NCBI GenBank assembly: GCA_903823215.1
Contig: CAIJRY010000142.1
Span: 1-52,218 of the forward strand
DNA: 52,218 nt
Direction: 5' to 3'
Source: an uncultured Spartobacteria bacterium
GTDB taxonomy: Bacteria; Verrucomicrobiota; Verrucomicrobiia; Chthoniobacterales; UBA6821
This document shows, one piece after another, positions 38,971 to 47,562 of this stretch. Position 1 is the first letter of the stretch. Each line of letters opens with the position of its first letter. A program made the position numbers and the translations under genes. Below the pieces are notes generated by a model. It searched no databases and was not told the DNA's origin. It saw nothing but the letters and a program-made list of their open reading frames with translations.

Positions 38971-40502
38971 ATTCTCCTCCAGGTGACACCGTGGCGTGCG
39001 GCGAGTTCTGTTGCCTCTGCGGGCCCCCAGGAACCTGCGGCGTGAAATGCGAGATCGTCGGAACGAGTCTTCCAGGCATCCTCGATACCATCGACAAAAG
39101 CCCATGCCTCCTCCACTTCATCACGACGGGCGAAGAGGGTTGCATCACCCGACATCGCGTCCAGGAGCAATCGCTCATAGGCTTCAGGCGTGGCTTTGCC
39201 AAAGGAGGTGCCGTAATGGAAATCCATCTTTACCGGTTCAATCCGAAGGCTCGATCCGGGACGCTTGGCGCTCATTCGCAGAGAGACTCCCTCATCGGGT
39301 TGGATACGAATGACGAGGACATTTTCGTCCAAAGGCTCTTCGTTTTTATTGAAGAGGACGCGCGGAACGGATTTAAAGGTAATGGCGATCTCGCTTCCAC
39401 CCTTTGGCATCCGCTTCGCTGTGCGGATGAAGAAGGGGACTCCTGCCCATCGCCAATTGTCGATATTGACCTGAAGGGCAACATATGTCTCCGTGGTGGA
39501 GTCCTTGGGGACACCCTCCGCATCACGGTAGCCGGGGACGGGTTGGCCATTGATGAGTCCCTCCTTATACTGAGCACGAACGACATGGCGGAAAACATCC
39601 TCTCCCTTCAACGGTCGAAGGGATCGCAGCACCTTGACCTTTTCATCACGGATCGCATCGGCACTCAGGCTTGTCGGAGGCTCCATCGTGGTAAGAGTCA
39701 GGAGTTGAAGCAGGTGATTCTGAACCATGTCACGCATGGCTCCCGATTTGTCATAGTAACCCGCCCGCCCCTCAACCCCCAAGGGCTCAACCGCCGTGAT
39801 CTGTACATGGCTGATGTGGTTGGAATTCCAAAGTGATTCGAAGATCGAGTTTGCGAAGCGCAATACCATGATGTTTTGCGCCGTCTCTTTCCCAAGATAG
39901 TGGTCGATGCGGTAGGTGTCGCTTTCCGGGAAGACCTCATTGACGAGTGAGTTGAGTTCCTTTGCACTTGCGAGGTCTGTGCCGAAAGGCTTCTCCACGA
40001 TGACGCGGGACCAACTCCCCGAAGTTGCACCACTCAGGCCACTCTCACGGAGTTGACTGAGAATGATGGGAAATTGATCCGGGGCAACCGCCAGGTAGTA
40101 GAGACGGTTCCCGCCGGTGCCGCGTTTCTGATCGGCCTCCTCCATCGCAAAGGCGAGCTGCTTGTATCCCTCCGCATCATCAAAGGCACTGCGATGATAC
40201 ACGATGGAGGAGGCAAAACTTTTCCAGAGATCGTCACTAACCGGTGTGCGTGAAAATCTGCGGGTTGATGCCTCCAGTTCCGCGCGGAATTCCTCCGTGG
40301 TTTTCTCCCGCCGTGCAAATCCTATAATCGTGATTGCAGGAGGCAGGGCTCCCTCGGCAGCGAGGTTATAGAGTGCGGGGATGAGTTTGCGATGGGTCAG
40401 ATCCCCGGTGGCTCCGAAGATGACCAGCGTGCAGGGCTCGGGGGCAAGACGGTTGGCGATGCCTTCGCGGAGAGGATTCACGGTGATGGGTGAGGAATTC
40501 AT
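38967..40502 (-). CDS. zwf: glucose-6-phosphate 1-dehydrogenase
   Basis: LVIFGATGDLT.RKL.PALY, RIDHYLGKE and QN...LRF.N motifs. 511 aa. Confidence 0.94.
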   Translation of the reverse strand: MNSSPITVNPLREGIANRLAPEPCTLVIFGATGDLTHRKLIPALYNLAAEGALPPAITIIGFARREKTTEEFRAELEASTRRFSRTPVSDDLWKSFASSIVYHRSAFDDAEGYKQLAFAMEEADQKRGTGGNRLYYLAVAPDQFPIILSQLRESGLSGATSGSWSRVIVEKPFGTDLASAKELNSLVNEVFPESDTYRIDHYLGKETAQNIMVLRFANSIFESLWNSNHISHVQITAVEPLGVEGRAGYYDKSGAMRDMVQNHLLQLLTLTTMEPPTSLSADAIRDEKVKVLRSLRPLKGEDVFRHVVRAQYKEGLINGQPVPGYRDAEGVPKDSTTETYVALQVNIDNWRWAGVPFFIRTAKRMPKGGSEIAITFKSVPRVLFNKNEEPLDENVLVIRIQPDEGVSLRMSAKRPGSSLRIEPVKMDFHYGTSFGKATPEAYERLLLDAMSGDATLFARRDEVEEAWAFVDGIEDAWKTRSDDLAFHAAGSWGPAEATELAARHGVTWRRM

Positions 40503-40603
40503 GAACTTGGAATCAATGATGAAGATTATTAATTCTGGTGAAAGCCCAATGGAATTTCACCAGATGAAAACATTTCATGAAGTTCACCGTAGACATTCAT
40601 GAA
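40498..40603. promoter_or_regulatory. candidate operator region upstream of zwf: three copies of the palindrome TTCATGAA plus a 9-bp inverted repeat
   Basis: TTCATGAA occurs at 40498-40505 (spanning the zwf ATG), 40574-40581 and 40596-40603. CTGGTGAAA (40535-40543) pairs with TTTCACCAG (40555-40563). Confidence 0.35.
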
Positions 40604-40642
40604 GCGGGTGTATGCGTGGAACGGGTCGTCTCAGAGGTTTCC

Positions 40643-42358
40643 TCAGGGAAGCGCAAACCGTGCCGTGAAGGCGGTGACTTCCTTGCGCAGCGTGGCAAGA
40701 GCAACCTCGTCATGACGGGCCTGAAGTCCTGCATGAATGAAGTCGGCGACCTGCATCATCTCCTCTTCCTTGAGACCGCGTGTTGTCATCGCGGGTGTAC
40801 CCAGACGGATGCCTCCGGTCTTGGTGATCGGTTCCGTATCAAAAGGGATGGCATTTTTGTTAACTGTGATAGCGGCCTTGTCGAGCGTCTCCTGGGCTTC
40901 AAGTCCGTTGATGCCGTTGGGGCGAAGGTCAACAAGGAGGACATGATTGTCAGTTCCCCCCGAACTGATCGTGTAACCGAGGAAGGAGAGGCGGGCGGCG
41001 AGAGCCTTGGCATTAAACACGATCTGCCTCGCGTAGTCCTTGAACTCAGGGGCAAGAGCCTCGTGGAAGCAGACTGCCTTTGCTGCAATGACCTGCATGA
41101 GCGGCCCCCCCTGCACGCCGGGGAAGACCTGTCCGTCAATCTTCTTGGCATGTTGCTCCTTGCAGAGAATGAGGCCTGAGCGAGGGCCGCGCAGACTTTT
41201 GTGAGTCGTCGTCGTCACGAAATCAGCATAGGGAATCGGACTGGGATGAACGCCACCTGCAACCAGTCCCGCAATGTGGGCCATGTCGATGAAAAGGTAT
41301 GCTCCCACTGAATCCGCGATCTCGCGAAGACGGGGGAAGTCAATCGTGCGGGGATAGGCGGAGGCCCCGGCGGTGATCATCCTGGGCCTCACTTCAAGCG
41401 CCTGCGCAGCAAGGGCGTCGTAGTCGATGCGCCCATCAATTTGTGATACGCCGTAATGCACGACCTCGTAAAGTTTACCAGAGAAGTTGGCCTTGTGCCC
41501 GTGGGTGAGGTGACCGCCGTGGGAGAGATCCATCGTCAGGATGCGATCCCCGGGTTTCAGAACGCTGAAGTAGACAGCCATATTTGCCTGGCTGCCACTA
41601 TGCGGCTGGACATTGGCGTGATCAGCCCCAAAGAGTTGTTTGGCTCGCTCGATGGCGAGAGTCTCCACCACATCAACGTATTCACAGCCACCATACCAAC
41701 GGCGGCCCGGGTAGCCTTCAGCATACTTGTTGGTGAGGCAGGATCCCTGGGCTTCCATCACGGCGGCACTAGTGAAGTTTTCCGAGGCAATGAGTTCGAT
41801 ATGTTCGATCTGGCGATGGCGTTCGGCAGCAATGGCCTCCGCAATCTGCGGATCTGTTGCTGCAAGTGGACTGGTGGTACTAGGTGTCATTGTTGATAAA
41901 TAATCTAATGGAGTGGATTGATCGACAAAAGTCAGGATTTGAGCGAGAGCACTTTTCATGACATCGCGGCAGCGTTTGTAGGTAGCAACACTTTGGCCTA
42001 TGGGATCAGGGATGTCACCACCGCTACGGGTGAATTCCCCAAACAACCGAACTTTTGAGTTATGCTCGGGGAAAAAAAGAGAAAGGAGTCGCTTGTGATC
42101 TTTCGTCATCACGATCACATGTGTGCAGTCATCCAGCAATTCCTCCGTGACAGGCTGACTGCGAAATCCGCGCAGATCGATTCCTTCCTCATCCAGCGCA
42201 ATGATCGCAGCATGACTGGCAGAGCCACCTTTCTGCGCATGGACTCCGGCTGATAGTACAGTGATGTCCCTGCGACCCGCAGCAAAATGCCTCATCAGTC
42301 CCTCCGCCATAGGGCTTCGGCAAATATTGCCTGTACAGACAAAGAGAATTTGCTTCAT
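40643..42358 (-). CDS. glyA: single ORF fusing a low-molecular-weight protein-tyrosine/arginine phosphatase domain to serine hydroxymethyltransferase
   Basis: The N-terminal part, [17 protein letters not shown] (CX5R(S/T) P-loop) plus DIPDPIG, marks an LMW-PTP. From residue about 157, [13 protein letters not shown]...[32 protein letters not shown] and [12 protein letters not shown] mark SHMT. There is no stop between the two. An internal ATG at 41890 would give a normal 415-aa GlyA. Confidence 0.8.
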   Translation of the reverse strand: MKQILFVCTGNICRSPMAEGLMRHFAAGRRDITVLSAGVHAQKGGSASHAAIIALDEEGIDLRGFRSQPVTEELLDDCTHVIVMTKDHKRLLSLFFPEHNSKVRLFGEFTRSGGDIPDPIGQSVATYKRCRDVMKSALAQILTFVDQSTPLDYLSTMTPSTTSPLAATDPQIAEAIAAERHRQIEHIELIASENFTSAAVMEAQGSCLTNKYAEGYPGRRWYGGCEYVDVVETLAIERAKQLFGADHANVQPHSGSQANMAVYFSVLKPGDRILTMDLSHGGHLTHGHKANFSGKLYEVVHYGVSQIDGRIDYDALAAQALEVRPRMITAGASAYPRTIDFPRLREIADSVGAYLFIDMAHIAGLVAGGVHPSPIPYADFVTTTTHKSLRGPRSGLILCKEQHAKKIDGQVFPGVQGGPLMQVIAAKAVCFHEALAPEFKDYARQIVFNAKALAARLSFLGYTISSGGTDNHVLLVDLRPNGINGLEAQETLDKAAITVNKNAIPFDTEPITKTGGIRLGTPAMTTRGLKEEEMMQVADFIHAGLQARHDEVALATLRKEVTAFTARFALP

Positions 42359-42587
42359 ACCGGATGCTCTTGAACTGGCAGGTTGATTGACATGAGAGCA
42401 CACGATAAGAGTTGCTCCGTTGAAGTCAATGCGTCAGGTTGACGCTAGAACAAAGAATAATACACTGGTATGTTATGTCGCAAGCATAGTGCATTTTAAA
42501 TGTTAGTAAAATCTCCCTCTAGCGCGATTGGGTAATTTTTTTAATGACACAAGAGGATAGGTATGATAGGTTACACGCTTATCTGAT

Positions 42588-42905
42588 ATGCAACGCAAAA
42601 GTGCTTTTTCACGCAGGCTTCCTGATCTCGTAACCGAAGAATTGGTCGCTGCATTCACCGAAAAAAAGGGGGCTTCTTACGAATTTAAGCAACTCTTTGA
42701 CATCATCCATGAGCGCCTCAAAAAAAGGAATGCCGCCAGTGGTGGAGAAGAGATGCTTCGCTTACGCGCCTATGAAAAACTTCAGCATCTTGTATCGAGA
42801 AACATGGTCAAAAAGACCGGCAAAAAATACAAGGGACTTGCTGCACTGGCTAACGCCCTGACTCCGGCAGATACGATTCCGAGCAAGGCAGTTGAGGCAG
42901 CCTAA
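42588..42905 (+). CDS. hypothetical small basic protein (105 aa)
   Basis: Clean ORF in a visibly AT-richer stretch. It is Lys/Arg-rich and predicted helical (LRLRAYEKLQHLVSRNMVKKTGKKYKGL), possibly a winged-helix-like fold. No recognisable family by eye. Confidence 0.45.
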   Translation: MQRKSAFSRRLPDLVTEELVAAFTEKKGASYEFKQLFDIIHERLKKRNAASGGEEMLRLRAYEKLQHLVSRNMVKKTGKKYKGLAALANALTPADTIPSKAVEAA

Positions 42906-42967
42906 CAAAGTTCCACAAAAAAAGCTCCACAAGAGAAAGAGACTTTTCACTTTCATCTTCTATAACG

Positions 42968-43351
42968 ATGCAGACACCTTCCAGCGGGTATGAATCTCTG
43001 TTGATCCACATCGTGGTGGCGATCGGGTTTTCTCTTTCCACATGGGTGGGTAGCCTGCTTCTCGGTCGCATTGGCAGGCGCTACGGAGTGAAGGATATAG
43101 CCTACGAGTGTGGTATGTTACCGATGGCGGGTTCCCAGCCCCGCTTCAGTGTCAAGTTCTACCTCGTTGCGATGCTTTTCATCCTGTTCGATATTGAAAT
43201 TGTTTTTCTCTATCCTTGGGCGGTCGTCTACCGTGAATTTCTCCAACAGTTCGGTGCCCAGATCCTTTGGATCTTAATGACCTTCACCGCTATCCTGCTT
43301 GTCGGCTATATCTACGCCATCAAAAAAGGGGCGCTTGACTGGTCGAGATAG
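42968..43351 (+). CDS. nuoA: NADH-quinone oxidoreductase subunit A (ND3 family)
   Basis: 127 aa with three TM segments. YECGM.P.G....RFSVKFYLVAMLFILFDIEIVFLYPWA is the NuoA/ND3 signature. Confidence 0.85.
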   Translation: MQTPSSGYESLLIHIVVAIGFSLSTWVGSLLLGRIGRRYGVKDIAYECGMLPMAGSQPRFSVKFYLVAMLFILFDIEIVFLYPWAVVYREFLQQFGAQILWILMTFTAILLVGYIYAIKKGALDWSR

Positions 43352-43421
43352 AATTTTTAACAGACTGTGGATCCCTTGACCTTTCTGTATGAGGGAATAG
43401 GATTGATGACCAAGTTTTTTT

Positions 43422-43513
43422 GGAAGGGTGGCTGAGCCCGGTCGAAGGCACTCGACTCGAAATCGAGCGTGGGGTTATTCCCACCGTGGGTTCGAATCCC
43501 ACCCCTTCCGCCA
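43422..43513 (+). tRNA. tRNA-Ser (anticodon CGA)
   Basis: Folded by hand. Acceptor GGAAGGG pairs with CCCTTCC, with discriminator G and an encoded CCA. Anticodon stem CTCGA/TCGAG carries the loop CTCGAAA (anticodon CGA). It has a long variable arm (GTGGG..CCCAC) and a T-arm GGGTTCGAATCCC. Confidence 0.93.
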
Positions 43514-43566
43514 AATTCATTCTTCATTTCTTGGCATTTTGGAATTCCTTTTCTAGGTTCAACGCC

Positions 43567-44694
43567 ATGAAGTATTTTTTCACGCAAGCTGTTGCTCTTG
43601 TCCTAGCCCTTACCTTTGCCTCTTGTTCCAAGAAGCAGGAGATTGGGATTCCCGTCGGACAGTTTGCTTCGTTGACAGGAGCCCAGGCTACCTTTGGGCA
43701 GAGCACGGACAAGGGGGTGCAACTTGCTCTTGAAGAGATCAATAGTGCTGGAGGTGTTTTAGGCCAACCGATCCGACTGATTACTAAGGACAATCAATCC
43801 AAGCCGGGTGAAACCTCGACGGCTGTCCGCGAGTTAATCACGAGAGACAAGGTGGTGGCATTGATCGGTGAGGTGGCTTCAGGTCGTTCTTTGGAAGCGG
43901 CCCCGATTGCCCAACGCAACGGGATTCCCATGATCTCACCCGCTTCGACGAATGAGAAAGTCACTGAAACAGGGGATCATATTTTCCGAGTATGCTTTAT
44001 CGATCCGTTTCAGGGAACTGTCTGTGCGAAATTCGCCCGCAAACTCGGGGCCACCAAAGCGGCGGTTCTTGTTGATGTTTCCAAGGATTATAGTCTGGGA
44101 CTTGCAAAGAGTTTCAAGAAGGAGTTTGAAGCCGAGGGAGGGACGATCACGGGGCAGCAGAGTTACAGCGGTGGAGATAAGGATTTCAGTGCACAGTTGA
44201 CGGCTATTAAGGGAGCCAATCCCGAGGTGGTTTTTCTACCCGCTTATTACACGGAGGCACCGCTGATCATCCGTCAGGCCCGCCAGTTGGGCATCACCGT
44301 TCCTTTCATCGGCGGCGATGGGTGGGACTCTCCGGAGTTGGCTCAGGTTGGCGGTGCTGCTGTCGAAGGATGCTATTTTTCAAATCACTTTTCCAACCAG
44401 AGTAACGATCCGAAGGTGATGGCCTTTGTTCAGTCCTATCGCAAAAAATATGGTGATGATCCCGATGCCATGGTGGCGCTGGGTTATGATGCCTTGTACC
44501 TCTTGGTTGATGCCATGAAGAGAGCCGGAACGACAGATCCGGCAAAAGTGACTGCAGCGATTGCCTCAACCATGGATTTCCCAGGAATTACAGGAAAAAT
44601 CACGCTTGATGAACATCGCAATCCGACCAAACCGGCAGTGATGCTTCAGATTAAGAACGGGAAATTCAGCTTCATGGAGTCCGTTTCTCCTTAG
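43567..44694 (+). CDS. ABC transporter substrate-binding lipoprotein, LivJ/LivK (branched-chain amino acid/urea-type) family
   Basis: The start is trimmed to ATG 43567, because the listed ORF start at 43420 runs through the tRNA. Lipobox LTFASC. The blocks GIPVGQFASLTGAQATFGQS...G.QLALEEIN.AGGV.G, V.ALIGEV.S and ISP.STN are typical of type I PBPs of the Liv family. Confidence 0.8.
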   Translation: MKYFFTQAVALVLALTFASCSKKQEIGIPVGQFASLTGAQATFGQSTDKGVQLALEEINSAGGVLGQPIRLITKDNQSKPGETSTAVRELITRDKVVALIGEVASGRSLEAAPIAQRNGIPMISPASTNEKVTETGDHIFRVCFIDPFQGTVCAKFARKLGATKAAVLVDVSKDYSLGLAKSFKKEFEAEGGTITGQQSYSGGDKDFSAQLTAIKGANPEVVFLPAYYTEAPLIIRQARQLGITVPFIGGDGWDSPELAQVGGAAVEGCYFSNHFSNQSNDPKVMAFVQSYRKKYGDDPDAMVALGYDALYLLVDAMKRAGTTDPAKVTAAIASTMDFPGITGKITLDEHRNPTKPAVMLQIKNGKFSFMESVSP

Positions 44695-44699
44695 GGAAA

Positions 44700-44966
44700 C
44701 GCTGATTTAATCGCATAGTGACTGTTGCGGTAAGAATAGGTCGCAGGCAAGGCGGCTTTGCGTGAGCATCCCCTTGCGGGCTGTAAGCGCAAAGCCTACA
44801 CAGCCTCCGGCACTGTTATCGCCGCAACCCCATGGGGGCTGTTGGTCAAAAACCTGATTTTCTGCGTTGCTCGCAGTGGCAAGACCGCAGGGGTATTGCC
44901 ACTGCGCTTCACGCCTGAAAAATCAACCTTTTGTCCTACAGCAGTCATCATGGGATTAAATCAGCG
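44700..44966. mobile_element. MITE-like non-coding element with terminal inverted repeats and internal hairpins
   Basis: CGCTGATTTAATC (44700-44712) is the perfect reverse complement of GATTAAATCAGCG (44954-44966), extendable to about 30 bp with mismatches. Internal stems: GGCTTTGCG/CGCAAAGCC (44754-44762 / 44788-44796) and CGCAGTGGCAA/TTGCCACTGCG (44872-44882 / 44896-44906). It fills the spacer between convergent genes. There is no transposase and no credible ORF. Confidence 0.55.
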
Positions 44967-44980
44967 GTTCCTTAGAGGCT

Positions 44981-45781
44981 TTATTTACCGACTTTGCGGA
45001 TATTGAGAGAGTCGATGGTGAGATTTAGGGATTTTTCTGCAATGCGAAGAAATCCTTCCGACGAGTCAGTCAGCATCACATCAAGCCTGGCATTGCCATC
45101 CTGAGCAATATTACCAGAAGGGGAGATCAAGGCGCGGACAGCAAGGGCGCAGTTCTCCGCTGAATCAACCAAGGAGATTTTCTTTCCACAAATTCTGCCG
45201 ATGACCCCCTTTAGGAGGGGATAATGCGTGCAGCCCAATACGAGTGTGTCGATGCCGGCGCGCAGCAGGGGCTCGAGATAGCGTCGCAACATGGTGCGGG
45301 TGATTTCATCATCAAAGAGTCCTTCTTCGATGAGTGGGACAAGCAGAGGGCAGGCGATCGCGGTAACCTCAATGTTGGCAGAGAGCGACCTGATGGCCTT
45401 GCCGTAGGCGTCACTCGCAATAGTGGCCCTGGTTGCGATGACCCCGATCTTTCCGTTGCGGGTGGCGAGTACGGCAGCAGCCGCACCGGGTTCGATGACG
45501 CCGATGAACGGAACAGGATAGGAGAGTGCAAGCGAGGGAACGGCTAATGCTGATGCCGTGTTGCAGGCAGCCACAATCATTTTTGCCCCCTCTTCAACCA
45601 GAAGATCCGAGATTTCCTTGCTATAACGCGTGACTGTTTCCGGACTTTTTCCCCCATAGGGGACTCGGGCCGTATCGCCGAGATAGAGGATTTTTTCAGC
45701 AGGAAGCGTGCGTCGTAATGCGGCGACGACGGTCAATCCTCCGATTCCCGAATCAAATACTCCAATCGGACGGTCTGTCAT
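44981..45781 (-). CDS. murI: glutamate racemase
   Basis: IGVFDSGIGGLTV, YLGDTARVPYG.KS, ACNTASA and LGCTHYPLL motifs. The start is trimmed to ATG 45781. Alternatives are 45811 and 45850. Confidence 0.9.
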   Translation of the reverse strand: MTDRPIGVFDSGIGGLTVVAALRRTLPAEKILYLGDTARVPYGGKSPETVTRYSKEISDLLVEEGAKMIVAACNTASALAVPSLALSYPVPFIGVIEPGAAAAVLATRNGKIGVIATRATIASDAYGKAIRSLSANIEVTAIACPLLVPLIEEGLFDDEITRTMLRRYLEPLLRAGIDTLVLGCTHYPLLKGVIGRICGKKISLVDSAENCALAVRALISPSGNIAQDGNARLDVMLTDSSEGFLRIAEKSLNLTIDSLNIRKVGK

Positions 45782-45877
45782 GTCCAAGTCATCGCGGTGC
45801 TCTGCATTCATCAACGCCCTACCATCCCCTGTCCAAGTGTGATTTCGCAAGGAAGATCAGCTGGTAAAATGCGAGCG

Positions 45878-46819
45878 TTAATCCTTCGATGTTGGAAAAC
45901 GGTGGTCATGTTCCTGGTGGCCGTCCCATCGTTCAAGCGATTCCTCATGGAAGTGACGCTTTCTAAGAAGGCTGGTGAGGAGACCGTAATTTGGAGAGAA
46001 AATGTAGGCGGTTCCCAGAAATAGGGCGAGGAGGAGGATGATGCATGGTCCTGATGGGATGTTTGCAAAGAAGGAGAGAAAAAGTCCGCTGACAGAGCCG
46101 AGCAATCCGATCACCGCGCCCCCCCAAAGCATGCGCGGGAACGAATCGGTAAGCAGGTACGCCGTGGCGGCTGGTAGGATCAGAAGCCCGAGTGAAAGAA
46201 GTACGCCAACGGCCTGCAGAGAGGCGACAAGCCCGAGTACCGTGAGGGCAAGCAATCCTGTCTCAAGCCATCGGACGCGAATTCCGGAGGCATGGGCAAC
46301 TGTCGCATCAAAAAGGGTGAGCAGCAACGGACGCTGAAAAACCGCAAGACTTGTCAGGGTGATGAATGCCGTAAGATAGGAAATCCAGAGATCTCCGTCA
46401 CTGACGCCGAGGATGTTGCCAAAAAGGAAATGAGTCAGATCGACTTTCACCCGTGAAAACCTGATCAGGACAACTCCAACCGCGAAGGCAACAATGTAGA
46501 GGGATGCCACGGCGGTTTCGTCCTTAAGGCGGGAATTACGCGCAAGCATCTGGCCTCCAAGTGCCACGAGCAATGCGGCGATAAGCCCACCCAGAATGAG
46601 TCCGCCGGGTGACAAACCGACAAAAATTGCCGCAACGGCAACTCCTGGAAGTAGGGAGTGAGAGAGTGCATCCGCAAGGAGCGCCTGACGGCGCAGGATG
46701 ATGAAAGTCCCTAGGAATCCATTGGTGAATCCTATCAGAGCGCAAGAGAGCAAGGCCCGCTGCATGAATGCATAGCCGAAGGGTTCAAGCAAATGACTGA
46801 TGAGAGATGTAGGCGTCAT
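45878..46819 (-). CDS. metal (Zn/Mn/Fe-type) ABC transporter permease, ABC-3 family
   Basis: FMQRALL....IG...G.LG.F..LRR.AL..DA.SH..LPG.A. It has multiple TM helices and a His-rich C-terminal tail (HFHEESLERWDGHQEHDH). The ATG at 46819 overlaps the upstream ATPase stop (ATGA). Confidence 0.82.
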   Translation of the reverse strand: MTPTSLISHLLEPFGYAFMQRALLSCALIGFTNGFLGTFIILRRQALLADALSHSLLPGVAVAAIFVGLSPGGLILGGLIAALLVALGGQMLARNSRLKDETAVASLYIVAFAVGVVLIRFSRVKVDLTHFLFGNILGVSDGDLWISYLTAFITLTSLAVFQRPLLLTLFDATVAHASGIRVRWLETGLLALTVLGLVASLQAVGVLLSLGLLILPAATAYLLTDSFPRMLWGGAVIGLLGSVSGLFLSFFANIPSGPCIILLLALFLGTAYIFSPNYGLLTSLLRKRHFHEESLERWDGHQEHDHRFPTSKD

Positions 46820-47562
46820 ACTCCCGGGTGATGATGCTCTCCTGAATAGATGGCGGTGCCATAAGCGCACTCCAGATGAAGCGGGGAAAGTGCCTCCTGA
46901 ATGGAACCGATCGAAACCAACTCTCCATTCAGCAAAATGGCGGAGTCAAACAGATTGGAGGCCTCACTGAGGGCATGGTGGGAAACGAGAATCAGCTTGC
47001 CGTGCTGCTTAAGGGTTTGAAGTGCCTCGGCGAGTGCCTTGCTGCTGGTTCTGTCAAGTCCTGCAAACGGTTCGTCCAGCAGATAGAGATCGGCGGCCTG
47101 GGCCCAGGCCCTCGCAAGGAAAGCCCTTTGTTGCTGCCCTCCTGAAAGCGCTTTGATCTGACGCTTGGCAAAGGGTTCGAGCTTGAAAAGTTCAAGAGCC
47201 TTTCTCACAGCCTCCCGATCACCAATGGAGAAATTTCCGAAGAGCCCGACCTGATGATAGCGTCCCATTTCCACCAGTCCCTCGACAGTTACAGGAAAAT
47301 CCCAGTCCACGGATTCCCGCTGCGGCAGATAGGCAATGCGCGAAGCTCTTTCCTCAACTCGTTTTCCCCCGATCCGAACGCCGCCTGTTTCAGGAGTGAG
47401 AAGTCCGGCGATGGTTTTCAGCAGGGTCGATTTACCCGCCCCATTCGGCCCGAAAATACCGACACAATGCCCTGCCTCAAGAGTCAGATTGAGATGGTGA
47501 ATCGCCGGAACACGGTGGTAACAGACAGTCAGGTCTTCGACTTTTAGTAAAGGGGCGATCAT
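46816..47562 (-). CDS. metal ABC transporter ATP-binding protein (ZnuC/MntB/TroB-like)
   Basis: Walker A GPNGAGKST, signature LSGGQQQR and Walker B LYLLDEP. About 250 aa, typical of metal-type importers. Confidence 0.85.
   Translation of the reverse strand: MIAPLLKVEDLTVCYHRVPAIHHLNLTLEAGHCVGIFGPNGAGKSTLLKTIAGLLTPETGGVRIGGKRVEERASRIAYLPQRESVDWDFPVTVEGLVEMGRYHQVGLFGNFSIGDREAVRKALELFKLEPFAKRQIKALSGGQQQRAFLARAWAQAADLYLLDEPFAGLDRTSSKALAEALQTLKQHGKLILVSHHALSEASNLFDSAILLNGELVSIGSIQEALSPLHLECAYGTAIYSGEHHHPGV

Noticed and set aside
38317-39836. Two long + strand ORFs (38317..39045 and 38991..39836) opposite opcA and zwf
   Set aside because: The - strand encodes a motif-perfect G6PD and an OpcA-like protein coupled by an ATGTGA overlap. 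The + strand products are Arg/Gly/Cys-rich nonsense.
40577-41179. 200-aa + strand ORF opposite glyA
   Set aside because: It is a shadow of the SHMT coding frame.
43420-43566. N-terminal part of the listed ORF 43420..44694
   Set aside because: It reads straight through the tRNA-Ser gene. The real start is the ATG at 43567, which gives a lipoprotein signal peptide.
44758-45006. 82-aa ORF inside the MITE-like element
   Set aside because: It lies within inverted-repeat and hairpin sequence, runs into the murI 3' end, and has a Cys/Arg-rich composition that looks non-coding.
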